The notes beneath the pieces are model-generated. The model was not told where the DNA came from. It made no database searches and worked only from the letters and a program-made list of their open reading frames with translations. From assembly GCA_963675295.2 (NCBI GenBank), contig CAXXKJ010000002.1:1920001-1984000 (forward strand): a DNA stretch of 64,000 nt, written 5' to 3'. Source of the DNA: a bacterium. GTDB taxonomy: Bacteria; Electryoneota; Electryoneia; Electryoneales; Electryoneaceae. Below, piece by piece: positions 57,792 to 64,000 of this stretch. The position numbers and the translations under genes were made by a program. Position 1 is the stretch's first letter. Every line of letters starts with the position of its first letter.

Positions 57792-58793
57792 TCACCCCGC
57801 TAAGGCAAGGTTTCTCAGTCGTGTAATCGCCAGCAATCGTTCAACCAACAGCAGCACGAACGCTGCAATCGCGAACGGATAGAAGAGTTCTTTCCAATTG
57901 CGGATGTGCTCGATCTCGACCTCGGTGCGTTCCATCTGGTCGATCCGCTCATAGATAGCACGCAGAGCTTCGGTACTGGTTGCACGGAAATACTGCCCGC
58001 CGGTCAAATCGGCAATCTGACGGAGCAGGTCTTCGTCAATCCGCACTTCCACATTTCGATACGAAATTGCCCCGGAGGGGGTGCGAACCGGCGCGCGGGC
58101 GTTGCCGCGTGTACCGACGCCGATGGTATAGATCTTGATGCCGAGTTCCGCCGCTGCGCCCGCCGCAGTCAATGGGTCGGGCTGGTCAACGTTGTTGACG
58201 CCGTCGGTCAGCAGGATCATCACCTGGCTCTTGCCGGTGCCGCTACGTAGACGGTTGGCCGCGACCGCGATCGCCTTGCCGATGGCGGTGCCGTCCTCAA
58301 CCGCGCCCGCCTGCATCTGGTCCATCAGGCCCTCAAGGACTTCATAGTCGAGGGTCAACGGTGCCCAGGTGAACGCTTCCCCGGCGAACATGACCAGGCC
58401 GATGCGGTCCGAGATGCGTCCGTCGATGAATTCCTTCGCCACCATCTTCGCCGCTTCGAGTCGGTTGCGTGGTTCGAGGTCCTCGGCGAGCATCGAGGTG
58501 GAGATGTCGAGCGCCATCACGATGTCGATGCCCTCGGAATGGACGATCTGCTCATCAAGAGACGCGCGCGGACGTGCGATCGCAACAACAATCAAGATCA
58601 CCGCGAGCACACGCAGGATGAAGGGGATGTGCCGTAGCAGCGGACGGTATCGTCCCATCAACGGCTTCAAATTGCTACTGGAGGGGAAGGTGATGGTCGG
58701 CTGCGACACACGTTGCCGCCACCAGTACCAGCCGATCATCAGCGGCACAATCAACAGCCCGAGAAAGGCCCACGGGTTCGCCCATTCAGTCAT
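57792..58793 (-). CDS. batA: BatA VWA protein
   Basis: N-terminal 'P..FL.L' BatA segment; ALDISTSMLAED, DRIGLVMFAG, GTAIG, LLTDG, GGQYFRAT. Confidence 0.92.
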   Translation of the reverse strand: MTEWANPWAFLGLLIVPLMIGWYWWRQRVSQPTITFPSSSNLKPLMGRYRPLLRHIPFILRVLAVILIVVAIARPRASLDEQIVHSEGIDIVMALDISTSMLAEDLEPRNRLEAAKMVAKEFIDGRISDRIGLVMFAGEAFTWAPLTLDYEVLEGLMDQMQAGAVEDGTAIGKAIAVAANRLRSGTGKSQVMILLTDGVNNVDQPDPLTAAGAAAELGIKIYTIGVGTRGNARAPVRTPSGAISYRNVEVRIDEDLLRQIADLTGGQYFRATSTEALRAIYERIDQMERTEVEIEHIRNWKELFYPFAIAAFVLLLVERLLAITRLRNLALAG

Positions 58794-59947
58794 GAACGGT
58801 CCTCCCGTGCTACGGAATCGGAGTCATTCCGATCAGCGAATTCTTCTGAAGGTGATGAAAGCGAGTGTTTCCCGGGGTCGGAAGAGGTCGACCACGAGGA
58901 CGGCTCCGTAGGCTCGGCGGACTTCTGAAACTCACTCCCCACGGAGCCGCCGCGTGGATTTTTAGTCGTAGGTACTGAACTAGCGGAAACTTCGGCCGTG
59001 GAATCCGAACTGTTTTCCTGCTCCCTCAGCTCAGGTCTGGGCCGGAATTCGTCGATTATACTCTCGACATCAGAGTATAAGTTCCCGGCGGTCTCGCCGT
59101 CCAGCACTCCACGTGCGAATTTTACCATGTCCGAGGCACTCAGGAGCCCGTGCAGTTTCTTGCTATCAAAGGTAATAGTCGCCGTTTTCATCCATCGGCG
59201 GACCTCATGAGAGGTCATCTCAAGGATGGGCTCCTCAAATTCTCGCTCGAGCAGGCGCTTAGTTATGAAAACGAGTGTACTGACATAACCCTTTGTGTCA
59301 CCTCGCGCGAGCGGGTTGTCGTTTTTCAACGCGGCCATCGCGGCCATCGCCTGCTCATACGGTTCCGGTTCCGGGATGATGAAATCGCCGTCCGCGCCGG
59401 AGCGTTTCCGGTGTGTCCACCAGTGCCAGGCCAGCCAGCCGAGCAGAATCAGCGCGAGAACGCCACCAACCCACGGGCCGTAATACTTGAGCCAGTCCTG
59501 GAAGGTCATCTTCAGGTCGGCCTGGCTTTTCAGCGGGCGCATGGTGACGGAGGTATCGGCGAGCACGGAGGCGATGTACATGCTGTCGGCGGGCAGGGTC
59601 CACGGGTCCTCGCCGACGGTAAAGTCAACCGGGCCGGTAGAGAAGTAGCCGGTGTCGTAGGCGGCGACGGTCAACTGCAGCGCGACGCCGGGCAGGTCTT
59701 TCGCCCGCTTGCCGGCAAGGGTGTCAACGCTGAGAATGTGAAATTCGCCGAGCTGTTCGCCGACGGCCGGCCATTCGATGCCGCTGAGGTCGGTGTGGTC
59801 CGGGATTACGATGCGGACGTTGACCGGATCGCCGACACGGGCCGTGTCCGGACTGATCTCGAGGTACGGGATCGGCGTGTCCTGGGCGACCGCGAGCAGC
59901 GCCAGTGCCGGAATCAGGGCGAGCACAAACAGGGAGCGAATCGTCAT
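58790..59947 (-). CDS. membrane-anchored hypothetical protein of the moxR-bat operon
   Basis: ATG overlapping the DUF58 stop; signal, Ig-like region, TM segment, 'EMTS.E...DMVKFAR'. Confidence 0.75.
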   Translation of the reverse strand: MTIRSLFVLALIPALALLAVAQDTPIPYLEISPDTARVGDPVNVRIVIPDHTDLSGIEWPAVGEQLGEFHILSVDTLAGKRAKDLPGVALQLTVAAYDTGYFSTGPVDFTVGEDPWTLPADSMYIASVLADTSVTMRPLKSQADLKMTFQDWLKYYGPWVGGVLALILLGWLAWHWWTHRKRSGADGDFIIPEPEPYEQAMAAMAALKNDNPLARGDTKGYVSTLVFITKRLLEREFEEPILEMTSHEVRRWMKTATITFDSKKLHGLLSASDMVKFARGVLDGETAGNLYSDVESIIDEFRPRPELREQENSSDSTAEVSASSVPTTKNPRGGSVGSEFQKSAEPTEPSSWSTSSDPGKHSLSSPSEEFADRNDSDSVAREDRS

Positions 59948-60834
59948 CGTTTCCGCTCCCGTTGCTTGAAGAACCGGACCAGTGGCCGCAGATACGGCTG
60001 GTCGGGTTCGCTGAGGTCGATGACGACACGGTCGATGCTGTTGCGGCGGAAGAACTGGGCGATATCGTTCTCTTCCCGGGATTTGCCCAGGTGGAAGGCG
60101 GCGCGTACGGTCTTGTTCGAGGTGTCGAACCACACCACTTCGCCGGTTTCCGGGTCTTCGGCGGCGAACCAGCCGACATTCGGCAGTTCACGTTCTCGCG
60201 GATCGACGATGTGCAGCGCAACGAGGTCGTGTTTCGCACCGGCGATCTTGGCGGCGTTGCGCCAGGAATCGGATTCGGTTTGAAAGTCGGAAATGAGGAA
60301 CACGATCGCGCGTTTGTTGAGGCCGCGCAGCAGGGTTTCGAGGCCGACGGCGAGGTCGGTGCCGCGTCCTTTTGATTCCCACGCGAGCAGGTCTCGCACC
60401 ATACGCAACGTGTGGCGCGTCCCGCCTTTCGGGGGGATGTATTCCTCGAGCCGGTCGCTGAACAGGACCATCCCGACCTTGTCCTGGTTGCGGATGGCGG
60501 AGAAGGCGAGCACGCCGGCGATTTCCGCCGCCATCTCGCGTTTGAACGCCGCGACGCTGCCGAAGTCGCCGGACGCGGACACGTCCACCAGCAGCATCAC
60601 GTTCAGCTCGCGTTCTTCCTCGAACAGCTTGACAAAGGGTTTTCCTTCGCGCGCGGTCACATTCCAGTCAATGGTGCGGACCTCATCGCCCGGGACATAC
60701 TCCCGCACCTCGCTGAACTCGATGCCGCGGCCCTTGAATGCGGAATGGTATTCCCCGCTGAAAAGCTCATTGACCGCGCCGCGAGTGCGAATCTCGATGT
60801 TGCGAACCTTGCGCACGAGCTCGCGGGTGGTCAT
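59944..60834 (-). CDS. DUF58 family protein
   Basis: GEYHSAFKGRGIEFSEVREY.PGDEVRTIDWNVTAR, VKLFEEERE, FLISDF. Confidence 0.93.
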   Translation of the reverse strand: MTTRELVRKVRNIEIRTRGAVNELFSGEYHSAFKGRGIEFSEVREYVPGDEVRTIDWNVTAREGKPFVKLFEEERELNVMLLVDVSASGDFGSVAAFKREMAAEIAGVLAFSAIRNQDKVGMVLFSDRLEEYIPPKGGTRHTLRMVRDLLAWESKGRGTDLAVGLETLLRGLNKRAIVFLISDFQTESDSWRNAAKIAGAKHDLVALHIVDPRERELPNVGWFAAEDPETGEVVWFDTSNKTVRAAFHLGKSREENDIAQFFRRNSIDRVVIDLSEPDQPYLRPLVRFFKQRERKR

Positions 60835-61823
60835 GGCACTTCCACTCCCATCAGGATGTCGTCGACGATGCTGTCGCTGGTACGTCCCTCGGCTTCCGCC
60901 TCGAAGCTCGGCAGAATGCGATGCCGCATCACGTCATGGCCGATCGCACGGATGTCTTCCGGGATCACGAACGCGCGTCCCTGCAACACGGCCCATGCTT
61001 TCGCCGCCTTGACGAGGAACAGGGTAGCACGCGGGCTGGCGCCGAAGTTGATCAACTCTTTCAGGTTGTCGAGGCCGTATTTCTCGGGGTCGCGGGTGGC
61101 GAACACCAGGTCGAGGACATAGTTCTCGATCTTTTCGTCCACGTACACCCGGTCCACGATTTCGCGCGCGGCGAGGATGTCGTTCGGATGAATGATCGGC
61201 GAGACGGTCGGCGGAGCACCGATGTGGCCGTGCAGCCGCAGAATCTGGCGTTCTTCCTCACGGTTCGGATAGCCGACCTGCAACTTGAGCATGAAGCGGT
61301 CAACCTGTGCTTCCGGCAGCGGGTACGTTCCCTGCTGTTCGATCGGGTTCTGCGTCGCGAGCACGAGGAACGGGCTCGGCAGTTTGTGCGTCTCTTCGCC
61401 GAGGGTTACCTGCTTTTCCTGCATCGCTTCGAGCAACGCCGATTGCACCTTCGCCGGGGCGCGGTTGATTTCGTCCGCGAGGATAAACTGAGCGAAGATG
61501 GGGCCGGTCTTGGTTTCGAATGTGCCTTCCCGGGGATTGTAGATCAACGTGCCGACGAGGTCGGCGGGAAGCAGGTCCGGTGTGAACTGAATGCGGTGGA
61601 AGCTGCCATCAACTGCCGAGGCAAGGGTTTTCACCGCCAGGGTTTTCGCCAGACCGGGCACGCCTTCCAGCAGGACGTGTCCGTCCGCCAGCAACCCCAC
61701 CAGCAGGCGTTCCACCATGTATTCCTGTCCGACGAGGACCTTTGCAACTTCTTCCGTGAGTTGCCGTAACGGTTGGCTGACGCTTTGAACCTGTTCGGTG
61801 ACAGCCTGAATATCCTGGTTCAT
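60831..61823 (-). CDS. moxR: MoxR-family AAA+ ATPase
   Basis: LLEGVPGLAKT, RIQFTPDLLPAD, LADEINRAPAKVQSALLEAM, ATQNPIEQQGTYPLPEAQ. Confidence 0.95.
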   Translation of the reverse strand: MNQDIQAVTEQVQSVSQPLRQLTEEVAKVLVGQEYMVERLLVGLLADGHVLLEGVPGLAKTLAVKTLASAVDGSFHRIQFTPDLLPADLVGTLIYNPREGTFETKTGPIFAQFILADEINRAPAKVQSALLEAMQEKQVTLGEETHKLPSPFLVLATQNPIEQQGTYPLPEAQVDRFMLKLQVGYPNREEERQILRLHGHIGAPPTVSPIIHPNDILAAREIVDRVYVDEKIENYVLDLVFATRDPEKYGLDNLKELINFGASPRATLFLVKAAKAWAVLQGRAFVIPEDIRAIGHDVMRHRILPSFEAEAEGRTSDSIVDDILMGVEVP

Positions 61824-62181
61824 CGAATCCTCAGTCCCCTGTTGACGAATTGGTTTGGTTGTGTGATGGGTGAACGTATCGCACGGTTACAAGTGTAGAC
61901 GCCGGGGAGGTCAACAGCAACGCGTTACGCGCGAATTCTTTCTCCCCGAAGTCCGCTGCCGTCACTCAACAGGACGCGGCAAAGTTCCAGATCGGTTTCA
62001 GAGCGGAGAGCGGAGGGAGAGGGGGGCGCTATGTGGCCCGATTTGGTGATTTGTCCAAGTCGGGTATCGTGAAAGGGGTGAGAGCAGACTGGGAACGGTC
62101 AACCGGATTGCGTGTGCAACAGAATGAGAGCCGGGATCTGCAATTTTCGGATCTATTTCTAAGAAAAAGTCATACGTTCAC

Positions 62182-62210
62182 TTGCGAAGCCTGAAGTTGT
62201 AGTATATACT
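62182..62210 (+). promoter_or_regulatory. near-consensus sigma70 promoter
   Basis: TTGCGA-N17-TATACT. Confidence 0.65.
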
Positions 62211-62216
62211 TCAATT

Positions 62217-62358
62217 AGGCGAGGTCGTCATTCGGTTCTACGTGCGTTAACAACGAACCTATTGGGTGCATAACGGCCCATACCTTACCATTGGGGCGTC
62301 ACGAGGCCCAATGGCGACCTGACGGAGAGATGCCACCCTGAAAACGGGGTGGCATTTG
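62217..62358 (+). ncRNA. candidate structured small RNA of unknown family
   Basis: Lies between the promoter and a terminator; AGGTCGTCATT pairs with AATGGCGACCT; internal stems ggttc/gaacc and tggg/ccca; no ORF. Confidence 0.5.
62330..62358. terminator. terminator hairpin
   Basis: atgccaccctg-aaaa-cggggtggcat-tt. Confidence 0.7.
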
Positions 62359-62372
62359 CCGTTTGTCGCAGT

Positions 62373-62415
62373 CCTGAGTGCTGAGTAGTGAGTTGGAGAG
62401 TGGTGAATGGTGAGT
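62373..62415. repeat. degenerate heptamer tract
   Basis: cctgagt gctgagt agtgagt tggagag tggtgaa tggtgag. Confidence 0.6.
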
Positions 62416-62531
62416 TCACTGACGTGGCCGTATTGCAGAAAATGCAGACGTGGCTGCGTTGCTCTTGGATAGTGCATGCCCCTGTGACCCGCGCAGCGGT
62501 TCGCAGGGGGACACTTCAGGCCGGGTGTTTC

Positions 62532-63998
62532 TCACTTCCTCAAGATCCGGGTTCTGAGTTGAAGTGAATCCGGCGGAACCATCATGGTCGCGGTTTGATC
62601 AAGCGGAAATGGTTCTTTGATGAAATAGAATGCGTCTTCAGCGATGATGGTGTTGGGAACGAAGCCCAGACGCGCAACCAGAAGGTACTCGCCAGGTGGT
62701 GCCCATGCAGGAACATAGTGTGCTATTTGATCAATACCAATCGGGATGCCGGGTTGGATGTTTACGGCTCGTTCGAAGAACAGATTTGGGCTATCTCCTG
62801 GACCGTAGACGGCTACACGGCCACGGCAGGTGCCACCCTGGTTTAGCGTGTTGGTGATATCGACAGAATAGCCTAACCAACCGCCGATTTCCGGGATTAC
62901 AGTAGGTGAATTGAACGGCGAAAGAGTAATTGAGACTCCAACATTGGTAACTCGATCATTTTCCCACCAAGTTACCGTATGAGGGTTGTCAGTTGAAACG
63001 ACTATGTCCACATCACCATCTTCATCCAGATCCGCAATATCCATATACCCAGTTATCCCTGATTGGGAACAGAATTCAGTATCAACAAACTGATCATTCC
63101 CTGTATTTTCAAAGACTATAATTGGCCCATCATACAAATAAATGAAATCAGTATCTCCATCACGATCAAAATCCATGGATTCTACGTTTAGTCCTGAATA
63201 AAAACTTGATATATCACCAATATCTACAACTTCATACTCAAAATTCCCAATGTTCCTCTGAAAGGACTGGTAGTGTCCTTGTACAGCTACAAAATCATTT
63301 TTTCCGTCGTCATTAATGTCATCGATATCTACACCATATACAGGGTAATAATTCCCAAAGTAAGTGATTCCGGGTTGGAATCCACCATTAAATTCAAAAA
63401 CATAGGTATACACGTCCCTGTCGGGCCAAACCATGTCAAGGTCACCATCATTGTCAAGGTCACCCAGATCAAATCGACCTATACCTTGGTCACCCGAGAA
63501 CGTGGTATAGATTACCATCGGATCTGAAAATTCAAGGTCGCCGAGATTCTCCCACCAATAGACCCCGGTGTTCCCATTGCCCCCTCCTGAACTAAACAAG
63601 TCCATGTCACCATCGTTGTCAACATCGGCTGCATTAACCTGGATTGGATAGTTGAACGGACTAATCGGATAAGAAGGGGAAAATGTTTGATCGCCGTTAT
63701 TCAAACGGAATGTCAGTCCCAGATCGTAAAGACTCCCAGTTATCATGTCGATGTCGCCATCGGAATCCAAATCACCAGCCCACAACACATCAAATCCTGG
63801 ATCACCATTTGCTATCAGATGATAGCTGAATTCCCCTTCGCCTAGATTCTCCCACCAGACAAGATCGTCAACACTAGAGGCAAGAATATCGATGTCTTCA
63901 TCCTGATCCATGTCAACAGCTATAACCTCTTGTGAGAATATCAGCTCTCCGGGAAGAACATGAGGTGTGGGCTGAGCTGTGGCAACATTCGCTAAAAA
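62532..63998 (-). CDS. secreted FG-GAP repeat protein ending in the shared module, no T9SS CTD (5' end outside window)
   Basis: Frame is open to the window edge (...FLANVATA|QPTPH = end of a signal peptide); DxDxDGDxD repeats; C-terminal 'IPEIGGWLGY...VPAWAPPGEY...EDAFYFIK'. Confidence 0.85.
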   Translation of the reverse strand, partial: FLANVATAQPTPHVLPGELIFSQEVIAVDMDQDEDIDILASSVDDLVWWENLGEGEFSYHLIANGDPGFDVLWAGDLDSDGDIDMITGSLYDLGLTFRLNNGDQTFSPSYPISPFNYPIQVNAADVDNDGDMDLFSSGGGNGNTGVYWWENLGDLEFSDPMVIYTTFSGDQGIGRFDLGDLDNDGDLDMVWPDRDVYTYVFEFNGGFQPGITYFGNYYPVYGVDIDDINDDGKNDFVAVQGHYQSFQRNIGNFEYEVVDIGDISSFYSGLNVESMDFDRDGDTDFIYLYDGPIIVFENTGNDQFVDTEFCSQSGITGYMDIADLDEDGDVDIVVSTDNPHTVTWWENDRVTNVGVSITLSPFNSPTVIPEIGGWLGYSVDITNTLNQGGTCRGRVAVYGPGDSPNLFFERAVNIQPGIPIGIDQIAHYVPAWAPPGEYLLVARLGFVPNTIIAEDAFYFIKEPFPLDQTATMMVPPDSLQLRTRILRK

Positions 63999-64000
63999 CA

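Noticed and set aside
59948-60133. 5' extension of ORF 58790-60133
   Set aside because: It overlaps DUF58. The coupled ATG at 59947 gives a signal peptide.
62217-62358. Assigning the sRNA as 6S, SRP, tRNA-Sec or retron msr/msd
   Set aside because: It lacks the diagnostic motifs or length, and no reverse transcriptase is nearby, so it is left unassigned.

Overview
GC-rich (about 60%) bacterial chromosomal segment, probably from a non-Bacteroidota member of the FCB superphylum. That assignment is an inference from the many 'YPNPFN/WPNPFN' type IX secretion C-terminal domains (T9SS CTDs), the bat operon and sigma70-like promoters. The first 26.8 kb (+ strand) is an array of secreted-protein genes (Asp-box and FG-GAP propellers, two S8 proteases, a large acidic surface protein, two paralogous unknowns) plus uvrC and a 5'-nucleotidase. 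The rest (26.9-64 kb, - strand) holds a GtrA/CDP-alcohol phosphotransferase fusion, arcC with an arginine-synthetase-like gene, ddl, a SpoIIE-type phosphatase, a degenerate IspF, a TPAT-type TRAP transporter, a tandem-domain ThyX and a moxR-bat operon. Main observations: (1) one unnamed ~105-aa module recurs in nine otherwise unrelated secreted proteins, just before the CTD or in place of it; (2) a DnaA-box cluster (candidate oriC) lies inside the bat operon; (3) a standalone structured sRNA candidate at 62.2 kb; (4) a structured leader upstream of the arcE-like gene; (5) GC-mosaic secreted genes near heptamer tracts and GGGGACAC palindromes. No rRNA, tRNA, CRISPR, transposase, integrase or reverse transcriptase was seen. 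All calls are by eye; no searches were run.
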